Part shown: positions 36,701-44,908 of the stretch, one piece after another
How positions within the stretch are numbered: the stretch's first letter is position 1
Layout: each line of letters starts with the position of its first letter
IMG/VR virus record: IMGVR_UViG_3300031951_000129
Origin: an uncultured virus (IMG/VR IMGVR_UViG_3300031951_000129)
Lineage: Duplodnaviria > Heunggongvirae > Uroviricota > Caudoviricetes
DNA: 64,000 bases
Strand: one strand, 5' to 3'
The notes under the pieces: model-generated
What the model saw: the letters and a program-made list of their open reading frames with translations, nothing else
What the model was told of the DNA's origin: nothing
The model's database searches: none
Translations under genes and position numbers: made by a program

Positions 36701-37767
36701 GCGAGCGGCGGCGCGACGGCGGCGGACGGCGTGGCCGCACGAGGATAGGCCGGGATGTTGCCCCCCGGCTGGCCAGACACCTGCTGCGGACCGGTCGGCG
36801 GCACCGCGATGACATCGGGCGGCGGAAACGCACTCGGCGGCGGCAGAGCCAAGGGGCGCGCAGCGGCTGGCGCAGGCGGAGCGGGCGGCGCAGCAGTGCC
36901 ACGACGCCCCGGGATGGCCAGATCCATGAGCGCTTGCGCGATACCACCCACACCTGCGCCGTACCCAGCCGAACCGATAAGCCCTTCGTCTAGTGCTTGG
37001 CCGGGGTTGTACACCCCCTGCTCGATCAGGTTCTGTGCGTATTGCGACGCCGTCTCTTGCGCCGCCTCGATGCCAGCTTCCATGCCGACACGCCGGATAC
37101 GGTCGATAATGGTGAGCGCGACGTCTTGGCCGACCCGCGACTTGAGCAGCGCGCCTACCGGCATCAGTTCCAAGACACCGGGTATGATACCGAACTGTGC
37201 AGCGACACGGCGCTCGTCAGGAGTAGCGCCTTCTTCGCGGGCCCGTTCGGCCGCTTCGTTTGCGCCCATCCCCACCGCCGTCGCGACACCCGCCATCGGG
37301 TTTGCCCACGTCACCCCAAGCAGAGCGCCAAACGACCCAAGCCCCGACGACAGTCCGCCGACAACTTCGGCCGCCCGGTTCCCCTCAAATCCGATGTCGG
37401 GTTGCAGCCCGCTGGTCAGCCAGTCCGACCCCCGCGCCACGTTGTTGCGCACCCAGTCCCGCGACTCCGGCGACAACCATGACTCCGGTGCCGCTTCCAC
37501 AAGCCCGGGCACTGCGCCGGTCAGCGCCTCGATGCCGCCACGCAGAACCCCTTTGGGGATTTCCCCGAGGTAGTCGAGTAACCCGGAACCCTCAGCCGCC
37601 GCAACCGGGGCACCGAACCGGGCCTCGTACTCCTGCGTGAACTGCGCCTCGCGTTGCCGGATGATGTCGTCGATGCGCCGCTGCTCGTCGACCGTCGGGG
37701 CATCGCCTGCGATGCGAAACCCATAGTTCCTGCCGCTGATCGGACCGGGTACAACCGTCTCGCCCAA
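30760..37767 (-). CDS. Giant internal virion / DNA ejection protein (2335 aa)
   Basis: Last gene of the structural arm. Gly/Ala hydrophobic N-region, Pro-rich linker with a duplicated unit, central HEAVH motif. Confidence 0.75.
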   Translation of the reverse strand: MGETVVPGPISGRNYGFRIAGDAPTVDEQRRIDDIIRQREAQFTQEYEARFGAPVAAAEGSGLLDYLGEIPKGVLRGGIEALTGAVPGLVEAAPESWLSPESRDWVRNNVARGSDWLTSGLQPDIGFEGNRAAEVVGGLSSGLGSFGALLGVTWANPMAGVATAVGMGANEAAERAREEGATPDERRVAAQFGIIPGVLELMPVGALLKSRVGQDVALTIIDRIRRVGMEAGIEAAQETASQYAQNLIEQGVYNPGQALDEGLIGSAGYGAGVGGIAQALMDLAIPGRRGTAAPPAPPAPAAARPLALPPPSAFPPPDVIAVPPTGPQQVSGQPGGNIPAYPRAATPSAAVAPPLALPSPSAFPPPPVVTVPPMGPQQVSGQPGGNIPAYPRTPQTGGIGAFAAPAAPATPPAAAPVAATAPTPTAPIPTPPVTPSVSPAVAPAAPKARKVRSPLAQPTVAAPAPVVGTTPTAPTETVMPTLPVQEGQQPLTKDTMREVLRSVGVPPTAAVANAVESGEVRDAPTFETRLQRFAANTKNPDAKKRALEYLRVQEAERNTAPPAVEEPNAEATATEDRGLDAPDVAPAGVGVEGGRGDEPVDTGDSGTPAPAAGIMGLDPGRLEQSDSGAVRPADAADAQYAPLTPSPAAPPAPTAPVVAAPVAPVPAPEYAPMSGAIPGTPTGTAGQVIPRGVPGAPVLDRANPAKPNIVSDAPRLVAEELAAEADIVRANAAQAVDSWFRSNAPVRVQEAFDRIAPADRETSDLRADDMAQVMQLLLNGPRREQNKNLSPEGAARRYFSRSPDPGYALHMMAYDAALARLEDQPGFYTARTIRGDAVRAKDDVAQLNDMQAAEPLTEALDAEIAMLEGLGPKAAQLAERWVEATLSPEAVAEFRAMRDGRATVDRAAYAARDYETQSTLRDRSMVQKRAAAVEDAALPDAGVSGTRRGERITPEREQALRQKQETERAARSARIAAIQEAESKVVERQAAPSTRKQPSMPKAPWSASFSLWEADAHPRVGALLRNGDLTGALNVLAMTAPNRNMRLLAEKLVDRVSGTQVEFVSPDEMARIRSVLSPETPTLGVEAPSGVYIQPRSPAQIDAMRRENHNEAADLIERYAGRIIFNGSVPLAPELVLHEAVHAVADATLTKPSHVLTRQLETLRVTLLKTLPPESYGLTNVREMLAEAMTNPVFRTDLAFINVDGKPYSAWAQIKHTLRNFLRSLMGRPTVKMDSAQDTLDRALDRVLADGPGGVGAGEFVGASFAPNPMARVRELVGQNMRMPTKEDAAELGRVMRSLQVPPAWKDVLVRAAMPLEYVGEAAQKYLPSATQVHALVRQHKAEQERISNMAGATVNRVRTVLDKYADQQDKIDAINKIRLVGSMSEVDARKPRSAYMGYDFSWYDVRPDGSRGKLNVSKRYATEAERDAALNAKRASLPAEQRRTAKVRRRFDEDAEQLAVYAQLKALYDPLPADLKQELDRIYALPIALSKELTAAVKARLEALLPQNRKLQDKIFGEIYDKILAGQLIDPYQALRREGNYWVTYSDFDPETGRVELFKHAFTSLGQQQAALRVLAKKNEPYYAEVQRLMGDPRPLADFIAAVESGDPATKVTIPLPIQQAAEARHFPARSITPYQNVGEARRRPQVPMEFVAKVLDQIDGTDGLEGDVKGRIVELMFDTMPETSFMNSFRKRGNIRGFEGDFTTLTQGLTAGDTIANINRSNAQLARQVADLKYGAKFAALRAQLDEEYAIRQNKTPVGVTAEEWARQNDEMRHYRDLLTEYTSVPFQHRSKAVGTAVSATYMATLGFNVSSAVLSTMSLPVFYAPVAGGRYGYRNTMSAIGHATRSLGGTGKTRSVELVGSDGKVTEERSPVSMFDFSLDNKDFTDPKNAYLKPLHDMAKTNGVFYRSLVRDELMGEDPTFVQRVAGVASILQHHAERYVRETSLLATYNMDLQQQMKDTRSFASFVADLESGKLTPTPEQATRAAERAIEMSDKTSGPMFAAAGPKWSTSNFGSLVYLFKRHPLAMMNLLAQTAQKSFGENTPERAIARKQIAGMMGMLALTSGALGLPMMQQVAWLYNLLLADDDEPDFDSMIQMQFGALGSYGAIDYLTGLRVSERIGLGGAFYRTGFASDQMPPLFQFAEGIGGPVLGMALKYTGERPWALLAEGQYGRFGEAVLPSAMANLVRAARYAEEGIRTGRFDPMVDDIGPFGIAAQVVGFMPAEYAQQLSKNAMGSRINNAINTQRSRLLQQRYVATRQGDMEAVREIDAEIREFNQRHPYFPITREVLERSMRSHEETTSRMHHGVAYTPALDPMIRQMMEDWGPASVAG

Positions 37768-37776
37768 GGCGACCTC

Positions 37777-39984
37777 CTATTGCACGTCGTCCATAGAGTA
37801 CACGGCGCTGGCGTCTGTTGAAACTGGGGAAATGCCGGTGAGCGCATCGAGCGCGCCAGTGAGCTGGGTTTGCCGCGACCGCAGTGCGTCGTATTGGCTC
37901 ACACCTTCGGCCGTCTGCGGCGGCATACCACCGTAAGAGTCCAAGCTGGCGTTCACCGCTTCAAGTTGCGCCAGCACCAGATCGGCGTATTGGTTCGCCG
38001 TCAGGCCGTTGGGGAGCCGCCCGGACCCTCCACTGCCACCGCTACCTCCGCCACCGCCGCTTCCGCGCATGGCCATCGCCTGCTGCGCCATGGCCAGCTC
38101 CATCTGTTGCATCCGCCACGCTTCCAGATCCTTGAGCATCGCGAACCGGTCCTGCTCCGCCGCCGTCTGGCCTTCACGGAACGCACCGATGCCGACCATA
38201 CCGGCCTCGCCCAGCGCGCCGCCGAACGTCGGAGACTTGGACGCCATGAGAGCCATGCCCGCCTGCGCCAGCGCCAGCCACCGGTCCTGTTCCGCCCGGC
38301 GCTCCCGCGCCTGCAACATCTGCGTCAGCTCGGTGCCGTAGTCCTGAATGCCTTCGCCTTCAGCCGTCGTGGCCGTGGTCGTCGACTGTACCGACGCGAT
38401 GCCGCCGCTCGGAGCGGCGCTGGGGGCCGCACTGACACCCGCGCTGGGCGCTACGCCGGACGCAACGGGAGCCGCCGCGGGCGCGACCGCAGGGGGCGCC
38501 GCTGGAGCAGCGGGAGGAACATCAGCCGCCGGAGCAGGGGGCGTGTCCGTCACAGGTGCCGGGGGCGTATCCGCCGCTGGACTCGTCAACCCAGACAGCG
38601 TGTCGCGTACCGTGTCCATGAGCGACGGCTCGGCCGGAGGTGGCGCGGGCATCGCCAGCCCAGACATCGGCGGCACCATACCCGGCGTCAGCTGCGGGCC
38701 CGGTGGCGGCGTGCGCTCACGACCGTGCAGGATGTCCATGGCGTCGTACACCGACGTGGGCGCTGCGGGCAGCTCGATGGCGTGGAACTGCTCCAAAAGC
38801 GACGGCCCCTCCGGTGCGGGCGGCGCGGGAGGACGCGGCCCACCAGCCGGACCTTGAGGCCGCTGTGCAGCCTGATCGGCGACGGCGCGCTGCGCTTCCA
38901 TCTGCGCTGTGACCGCGGACATGTCGGGCACAGTCAGGTCGTACGTCTCTACCGGCGCGGGGCCGCCAGCGGGTCCTTGCGTCACTTGCGCAGGCGCGGG
39001 TACGAGTCCGTTCCGGATAGCTAGATCGTCCGCCGCCGTGCGCGGCGCTGCAGGAAGTGAACCAACCGGCGTATATCCGAACTGAGGCCCGGCCACCGCA
39101 GCGATGCCCGCCGCCGGAGGACGAGGTCCGCCCACGGGGCCTTGGGGCCGCGCAGCGGCCTGCGCTGCGATCAGCTGCTGAATACCCATCTGCGACTGGA
39201 CCCCGGAAAAGTCCGGACCGGTGTAGGGTGCGGCAGGGGGGCGAGGCCCACCCACAGGACCTTGGGGCCGCTGAGCAGCTTGCGCCGCCAGCGTCTGCTG
39301 CATCAGCATTTGTGCGTTTACGTCGGTGAAGTCCGGCCCGGTGTAGGGCACCGCCGGAGGACGCGGCCCGCCCACGGGGCCTTGTGACCGCGCGGCAGCC
39401 TGATCGGCGACGGCGCGCTGCATATCCATCTGCGCCTGCACCCCAGAGAAATCCGGCATCCGGGCTTGGTACGCCTCGGCCGTGTTCTGCGCGATGTCGC
39501 TCAGTTCGGTTTGAAGGTCCGCTCCGGTGTTGCGCAGGTTCGTCGCGACGTCAGACAGCACGCGCCCGCTGTCGCTGACATAGGTGCCGTTTGGCTGGAG
39601 GTAGTACACGATCCCGCTGCGGACGATCTGCGTCTCCGGCGCCGGGCCGCCCTCTTGCAGTGCGACGACACCGCCGCCAGCCATGCGACGCGGTTGTGCG
39701 GCCAGCCCCGTGTTCTGGGTCATGTCCGTCTTAGGGGCCATGGCTTGCGCCATCTGTGTGGCACCCTCCTGCGGCACGCCCGCGGCAGCCACCGCGTCTT
39801 CGACGACTGTGGTCTCGTTCTGCTTGGTCTGCGCAGCGGCCAGATCGGCCTGCATCTTCTTGCGCCGGGTGATCTCGCTGAGCACGAGAAACTGAGGCAG
39901 CTCGCCGGTCGGCCGCTGCATCTCCTGTACCAGCTGCTGCTCCGAGAAGCTCTTGAGCCGGTTCTGCAACTCCATGATGTTCAT
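37777..39984 (-). CDS. Internal virion protein, Pro/Gln-rich with ~40-aa repeats
   Basis: Position in the ejection cluster; repeated PDFSGVxAQM...QGPVGGPRPP. Confidence 0.7.
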   Translation of the reverse strand: MNIMELQNRLKSFSEQQLVQEMQRPTGELPQFLVLSEITRRKKMQADLAAAQTKQNETTVVEDAVAAAGVPQEGATQMAQAMAPKTDMTQNTGLAAQPRRMAGGGVVALQEGGPAPETQIVRSGIVYYLQPNGTYVSDSGRVLSDVATNLRNTGADLQTELSDIAQNTAEAYQARMPDFSGVQAQMDMQRAVADQAAARSQGPVGGPRPPAVPYTGPDFTDVNAQMLMQQTLAAQAAQRPQGPVGGPRPPAAPYTGPDFSGVQSQMGIQQLIAAQAAARPQGPVGGPRPPAAGIAAVAGPQFGYTPVGSLPAAPRTAADDLAIRNGLVPAPAQVTQGPAGGPAPVETYDLTVPDMSAVTAQMEAQRAVADQAAQRPQGPAGGPRPPAPPAPEGPSLLEQFHAIELPAAPTSVYDAMDILHGRERTPPPGPQLTPGMVPPMSGLAMPAPPPAEPSLMDTVRDTLSGLTSPAADTPPAPVTDTPPAPAADVPPAAPAAPPAVAPAAAPVASGVAPSAGVSAAPSAAPSGGIASVQSTTTATTAEGEGIQDYGTELTQMLQARERRAEQDRWLALAQAGMALMASKSPTFGGALGEAGMVGIGAFREGQTAAEQDRFAMLKDLEAWRMQQMELAMAQQAMAMRGSGGGGGSGGSGGSGRLPNGLTANQYADLVLAQLEAVNASLDSYGGMPPQTAEGVSQYDALRSRQTQLTGALDALTGISPVSTDASAVYSMDDVQ

Positions 39985-41402
39985 GCGGGCTGCATCCCAT
40001 TGTAAAGGCCGAGCGCCGAGATCCCCGCGCCCAGCGCCTGCTGATAGGGGTTGTACGGCTCAGTGTACGTCGTGGTGCCCGCCGCCTGCACCGGCAGCCC
40101 GTAGAGCATCGACGAGTACATCGCGAGCTGTTCCTCGGGGTAGCCCTGCTGCCGCAGCCAATCTTCGTAGGCCATGTCCAGCTCAGCTTGGTCCCGCGAC
40201 ATGCTGCTCAGCCCCTGCGAGGCCAGCAGCTGCGCCTCTTGGATGTCCGCCTGCTGCGTCGACATCCCAAGCGCCGCCATCTGCGACGCCATATCCGCGC
40301 TGAACCCCATGGTCTCCAGCTCGAACTGCCGCTGCTTCATGGCTTCGTCAGCCGTGGCTTGCTGCACCCGGGCCTGTTCCGCCGCGGTACCTGCTTGCAC
40401 GCGGGCCGCTTCGTCGACCGAGATACCCTGCACCCGGGCCTGTTCTGCCGCCTGCGCTGCTTGGATACGCGCCGCTTCTTCCACGGAGATGCCTTGCGTG
40501 CGCGCCAGCTCGGCTGCCTGCGCCTGCTGCACGCGGGCCTGCTCGCTGATGTTGGTCCCTTGGACCCGCGCCTGCTCCGCCGCCTGCGCCTGCTGCACCC
40601 GGGCCGCTTCCGACTGCCCCATACCCTGCACGCGGGCTTGTTCGGCCGCGCGCTGCTGCTCGACGGTCATCTGAGCGCCACGATCCGACTCGAACATCCG
40701 CTGCGCGTCGGTGTACGCCTGCTGCGCGCCGCGTGCTTGGATGTCCGCCATCTGCCGGGACAGTTCTTCTTGGGCCATGCCTTCCTGCACAGCCGACCGC
40801 GAGCCGCCAAAGGCGCCCGCCGCCACAGCCTGCGCGTCGCGGCTCCCCTGCGACCGCAGATACTCCTCGAACGCGTCATCCTGCTGCTGCTGGACCACCA
40901 GCTGCGTGTAGGGGTTCATGTACTGGTCGACGGTCTGCGCCGTGAACGTCCCCGGCTGCTGGTAGCCATAGGCCGAGGCCCCGCCGTACTCGGAGAAGCC
41001 GCCGTAGGCCGACGCTTGGCCCGCGTTGAACCCTGCGTAGGGGCTGACCTGCGTGGCCGAGAACCCGGTGTACGGGTTGACTTGCGTGGCGGTGAACTTC
41101 GACGCAGTGAACTGCGACGGCTGCTGTTGTCCCAGCTGCGCCGCCTGCCCCTGCAGCGAGCCATAGGTGCTCATGGCGTCGTCGACCCCAGCAATCGGGT
41201 TCCCCGCCAGATCGCGGATCATCTGTTCCGATGCAGTCAGATCGGCCGAGTCCTCGGTCACCCGCTGTCCTTCATAGGGGACGTAGGCTTCCTCGCTCAG
41301 CGCTTTGCTCTTTTCGAGCAGGTCGGTGTAGTACGGCTGCGCCCACTCCGGCACGTCCTGCGTGACGGTCTGCGTCGTGGCTTGGCTGCTACCCTTGCTC
41401 AT
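39981..41402 (-). CDS. DNA transfer/pilot-like internal virion protein
   Basis: YMNPY, GAFGGSR motif and 18-aa AAEQARVQG...EAARVQ repeats. Confidence 0.7.
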   Translation of the reverse strand: MSKGSSQATTQTVTQDVPEWAQPYYTDLLEKSKALSEEAYVPYEGQRVTEDSADLTASEQMIRDLAGNPIAGVDDAMSTYGSLQGQAAQLGQQQPSQFTASKFTATQVNPYTGFSATQVSPYAGFNAGQASAYGGFSEYGGASAYGYQQPGTFTAQTVDQYMNPYTQLVVQQQQDDAFEEYLRSQGSRDAQAVAAGAFGGSRSAVQEGMAQEELSRQMADIQARGAQQAYTDAQRMFESDRGAQMTVEQQRAAEQARVQGMGQSEAARVQQAQAAEQARVQGTNISEQARVQQAQAAELARTQGISVEEAARIQAAQAAEQARVQGISVDEAARVQAGTAAEQARVQQATADEAMKQRQFELETMGFSADMASQMAALGMSTQQADIQEAQLLASQGLSSMSRDQAELDMAYEDWLRQQGYPEEQLAMYSSMLYGLPVQAAGTTTYTEPYNPYQQALGAGISALGLYNGMQPA

Positions 41403-41829
41403 CGGTCAACTCCATCCTGTAGGCGGTGTACTCGGGCTCCCACCCGTACCGCCTGAGCAACCGGCCCCAAGCCGCCCGCCCGAACCCTTCGATGTGAGTG
41501 CAGCCGTTGCGCCGAGCATGCTGCTCCACGGCTTTCTGTACGGCGTCTAGCCAAGAGAATATACCAGTTCCACCCACCCAGTCCACTGCCAAACCGCGCC
41601 GCTGCGGGTAGGCAATGACGCGCGTCGTGTAGACCGCCACCGGCATCCCAGACTTCAGCACCATCCACAGCACCAGATCACCGGCCTCCAGCGCGGTACG
41701 TATGGCGTCGAGCGTGAACTTGCCCCGGGAGGTCTCGACCGAGGCTTCGACGAGCCGTGTCACATCTGCCCAGACGACGTCCAAGAGTTGCGGGTGAACC
41801 GCGTGGATCTGGACGTTTTCGGCGCTCAC
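41389..41829 (-). CDS. GNAT-like structural-region protein
   Basis: WVGG...GCTHIEGFGRAAWGR pattern, typical next to ejection genes. Confidence 0.6.
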   Translation of the reverse strand: MSAENVQIHAVHPQLLDVVWADVTRLVEASVETSRGKFTLDAIRTALEAGDLVLWMVLKSGMPVAVYTTRVIAYPQRRGLAVDWVGGTGIFSWLDAVQKAVEQHARRNGCTHIEGFGRAAWGRLLRRYGWEPEYTAYRMELTDEQG

Positions 41830-43004
41830 ACCGGCACCACCTTATTCGGCGGGACCGCAGGCGCCTGCTTCTTGGTCCCGGTCCGCGCCGTGCGTACACG
41901 ATCCGCCATGGCATCCAGCTCCTTGGCCCCCGCGTCGGTCGACCCGTTGCCCAGACCGCTGACCACGTCCGCAGGGACGATGTACTCGCCGTCGCTCAGC
42001 AGCACGTCCTGCGAGCCCTGCACCGAGGCAGGGATCATGTCTGACATGCCGTCGCCCGGACCTTCGAGTTTGCCCTCGCCCTTGGACGCCGTGGCAGCCA
42101 GCTCGCCAGACTTCACCCGGTCCACGAGGTTGCGCAGCGCCTCCTCGCCGTACTTGGTCAAAAACGCCGCCAGCGCCATCTGCGGGTTGGGGTGCTGGCC
42201 AGAGATCGCACTGACCGCTGCCGAGATGATCTCCTTGTCGTTCGGCTTCTGGGCTTTCGGCGGCGCTACATCGGCGATACCGCCAGCCGCCATGTGCACA
42301 GGACCAATGCGCGGCACCATCCGCGTAACCCTGCCGCCGCGCGCCATCGGCGTCGCGTACTTGTCGACGTAGGCTGTCGTGTAGGGGTCGCTGATCCCGT
42401 AGTTGAACTCGCCCGAGTAGCCCGGCCGATACCCTGCAGGTGGCGTTGCCGGTGTGCGCTGCATCGCTGGCGCTTGCCGCGGCGCGGTTGCGCTCGTGCC
42501 AGACGACCCACTGCCACCAGACCCGGGGCCCATACCCAGCGCCGCCGGGGCCAGAGTGCCCCCCAGCATCATCCCCATGCCTTCGGCCGACCCCATGAAG
42601 TTCGCGCCGCCACGCGCAATACCACCCAGCCCCGCAGCGGGCGCAGGAGCTGCGGCCGGCGGCATGAGCGCGGAACCGGTCATCCCCGGCTGCGCATAGA
42701 GCGGCGTCCCCGTCGTCATCGCACTCGCGCCGGAGCCCACCGTGCTCTGTCCCGCCAGTGGCAAGGCGTCGGCTGCCGCGGGCGCCGTGCTGCCCATGAG
42801 CGAGCCTAGCGCCTTGCCGCCCGCAAAGGCTCCGAGCCCCCCGACTAGCCCCTGCTTGACGTCCCCCGTCTCAATTGCTGTCCCGATACCTGAGCCGATG
42901 GCCCCCGCCACCAGCGGGTTTGCAAGGAACGATCCGGCCGCCCCCAGCACGCCAGCTTGCGCCATCCCGCTGCCGAGGAAGCTCAACAAGAGTGGAAGCA
43001 CCAT
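41826..43004 (-). CDS. Internal virion protein
   Basis: Gly/Ala hydrophobic N-terminus; GPGDGMSDMIPA...LSDGEYIVPADVVS motif. Confidence 0.7.
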   Translation of the reverse strand: MVLPLLLSFLGSGMAQAGVLGAAGSFLANPLVAGAIGSGIGTAIETGDVKQGLVGGLGAFAGGKALGSLMGSTAPAAADALPLAGQSTVGSGASAMTTGTPLYAQPGMTGSALMPPAAAPAPAAGLGGIARGGANFMGSAEGMGMMLGGTLAPAALGMGPGSGGSGSSGTSATAPRQAPAMQRTPATPPAGYRPGYSGEFNYGISDPYTTAYVDKYATPMARGGRVTRMVPRIGPVHMAAGGIADVAPPKAQKPNDKEIISAAVSAISGQHPNPQMALAAFLTKYGEEALRNLVDRVKSGELAATASKGEGKLEGPGDGMSDMIPASVQGSQDVLLSDGEYIVPADVVSGLGNGSTDAGAKELDAMADRVRTARTGTKKQAPAVPPNKVVPV

Positions 43005-43060
43005 GCCGCGTCTCCTTGCGTTTCACGCGTAGAATACCAAACCCGCTCGGGGTTGGCTAG

Positions 43061-44908
43061 TTAGAAGGGCTCGAACATGACGACGACATAGATATTGACG
43101 TTGGCGGTGATCGGGGTCCACCCGGACGTTGTGACCTGCGCGCCGACGGCCTGCCCCGCCGTAAAGGCAACGCCGCTGCCGTAAGCCACAAAACTGCTGT
43201 CGCTCGTCGTTGTGGTGCCGTTGAGTTGCACGCTGCCGCCGTCAAACGTCGACCCCGCACCAGCGATCCGCACAGCCGCCGTTGCCGTTCCCGCCGTCCG
43301 CGCCGCGTCCGAAGTCATGATCAGCCCGACAACCCGCCCGGCCCGGTCCATCCGCATGTCGTTGCCGTTTCGGCTTAACGCCGTGGCCGTGTTGAAGTAT
43401 CCGAGCGTGGCCTGCGTCGTTGTCGTTCCCGGCAAGTCGTTGATGTGATACGGCCCGAGCGTCACCGTCATCAGCGTAAGGTTCTGGAACTCGGACGCGC
43501 CCCGCGTGAGAACTTGTCCTTGCGCCGCCGACGACACGGTGACATCGGTGAGGTCCGTCAGGGCCAGAGAACCGCCCGCAGGAGGAGCGGCCCATGTACC
43601 ATCCGCCCGCAGAAAGTTTGTCGTCCCGCCGCCGCTCAGAGGGGTAAGCCCCGCGTCGGTTGACGTGAACAACGGCAAGGTAACGTCTGCCCCGGTGGAA
43701 GAAGACAGCAGTCGAGTAGAGGCTGTATAACTAAGGTCAGTGGACTGATCCCCAGTGTTGGTACCACTTAAACCTAAGTCCGTCTTCAGGTCTGCTAGAG
43801 TTTGAACTTCTGGAGCGCCTGTTCCGGCAGTTTTCCTGTAGAACACGGTGTTGGTAGCTACCGCCGCCATCTTGGCCAAGGTAACAGCTTCGTTCGCAAT
43901 GGTGGCCGCGAATGAGCCCGTCCCCGAGCCTGTCACATCGCCGGTCAGCGTGATTGTCTGGTCGCCGCTGTTCGTTCCCGTAAGCCCAAGGTCAGTTTTC
44001 AACGTGGCAAGCGTCTGAACTTCCGGGTCGCCCGTGCCCGCGGTCTTGCGGTAGAACACCGTGCTGGTCGCCACGTCGGCCATTTTGGCGAGCGTCACCG
44101 CGTTGTTCGCGATGGTGGTAGCCCCATCTCCTACAGAAGTAACATCTCCTGTGTGGTTTGGGTGCGAGTAGTTATTAGCCCCGTCTGCCACATTTATCAG
44201 CGTACGAACTTGCGCGGCGGTCAAATCTACTGGGTCTGCACTTCCGCCTGTATTGTTCCCCTTGATTGAGTTTGCCGCCATGTTTGCTAGTTTAGCATTT
44301 GTCACAGCGTCGTTCGCAATCGTCGCGGCGAAACTTCCAGTTCCCGAACCCGTAACATCGCCGGTCAGCGTAATCGTCTGGTCTCCGCTGTTCGTCCCCG
44401 TGAGCCCCAGATCAGTCTTGAGCGTCGCCAGTGTCTGAACTTCTGGCGCCCCAGTGCCCGCGGTCTTGCGGTAAATCAGCGAAGCCGTCGCCATATCCGC
44501 CATCTTGGCAAGCGTGACCGCGCCGTTGTCGACTGTCCACGTGCTTCCGCCGCCGCTGACTGTGATGTCGCCCTTGTCGCCGTCGCTTATACCCCCCGTG
44601 GGAGGCGCCGCCCACGTACCATCGGCGCGTAGGTAGTTTGTCGTCCCCCCACCAGACGCTGGCGCCAACCCTGCGTCCCCAGACGTAACGAGCGGGAGCG
44701 TCGCATCGGTGCCGGTCGACGACGCCAACACCCGCGTTGCCGCGGTGTACGACAAGTCTGTCGCCGTAGGGGACAGTGATACCTGCAGAAACGAGTTCCG
44801 GGTCTGCGCGACGAACGTCTCGAACGCCCGCGTCAGGTTGATCTGGTGGTGCTGCGAATACTCTGCCGGTGGCGTCGGAAAGTACGGAACTGCAGGTGCG
44901 CTGGTCAT
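43061..44908 (-). CDS. Tail fibre/needle-like repeat protein
   Basis: Three VTLAKMA...RKTAGTG..EVQTLA.LKTDLGL repeats and a duplicated GGGTTN(Y/F)LRADGTWAAPP. Confidence 0.75.
   Translation of the reverse strand: MTSAPAVPYFPTPPAEYSQHHQINLTRAFETFVAQTRNSFLQVSLSPTATDLSYTAATRVLASSTGTDATLPLVTSGDAGLAPASGGGTTNYLRADGTWAAPPTGGISDGDKGDITVSGGGSTWTVDNGAVTLAKMADMATASLIYRKTAGTGAPEVQTLATLKTDLGLTGTNSGDQTITLTGDVTGSGTGSFAATIANDAVTNAKLANMAANSIKGNNTGGSADPVDLTAAQVRTLINVADGANNYSHPNHTGDVTSVGDGATTIANNAVTLAKMADVATSTVFYRKTAGTGDPEVQTLATLKTDLGLTGTNSGDQTITLTGDVTGSGTGSFAATIANEAVTLAKMAAVATNTVFYRKTAGTGAPEVQTLADLKTDLGLSGTNTGDQSTDLSYTASTRLLSSSTGADVTLPLFTSTDAGLTPLSGGGTTNFLRADGTWAAPPAGGSLALTDLTDVTVSSAAQGQVLTRGASEFQNLTLMTVTLGPYHINDLPGTTTTQATLGYFNTATALSRNGNDMRMDRAGRVVGLIMTSDAARTAGTATAAVRIAGAGSTFDGGSVQLNGTTTTSDSSFVAYGSGVAFTAGQAVGAQVTTSGWTPITANVNIYVVVMFEPF

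Noticed and set aside
30760..37767. Virion RNA polymerase (N4-like) with hairpin promoters
   Set aside because: No polymerase catalytic motifs were recognised, and the palindrome centres are unconstrained, unlike N4 hairpin promoters.
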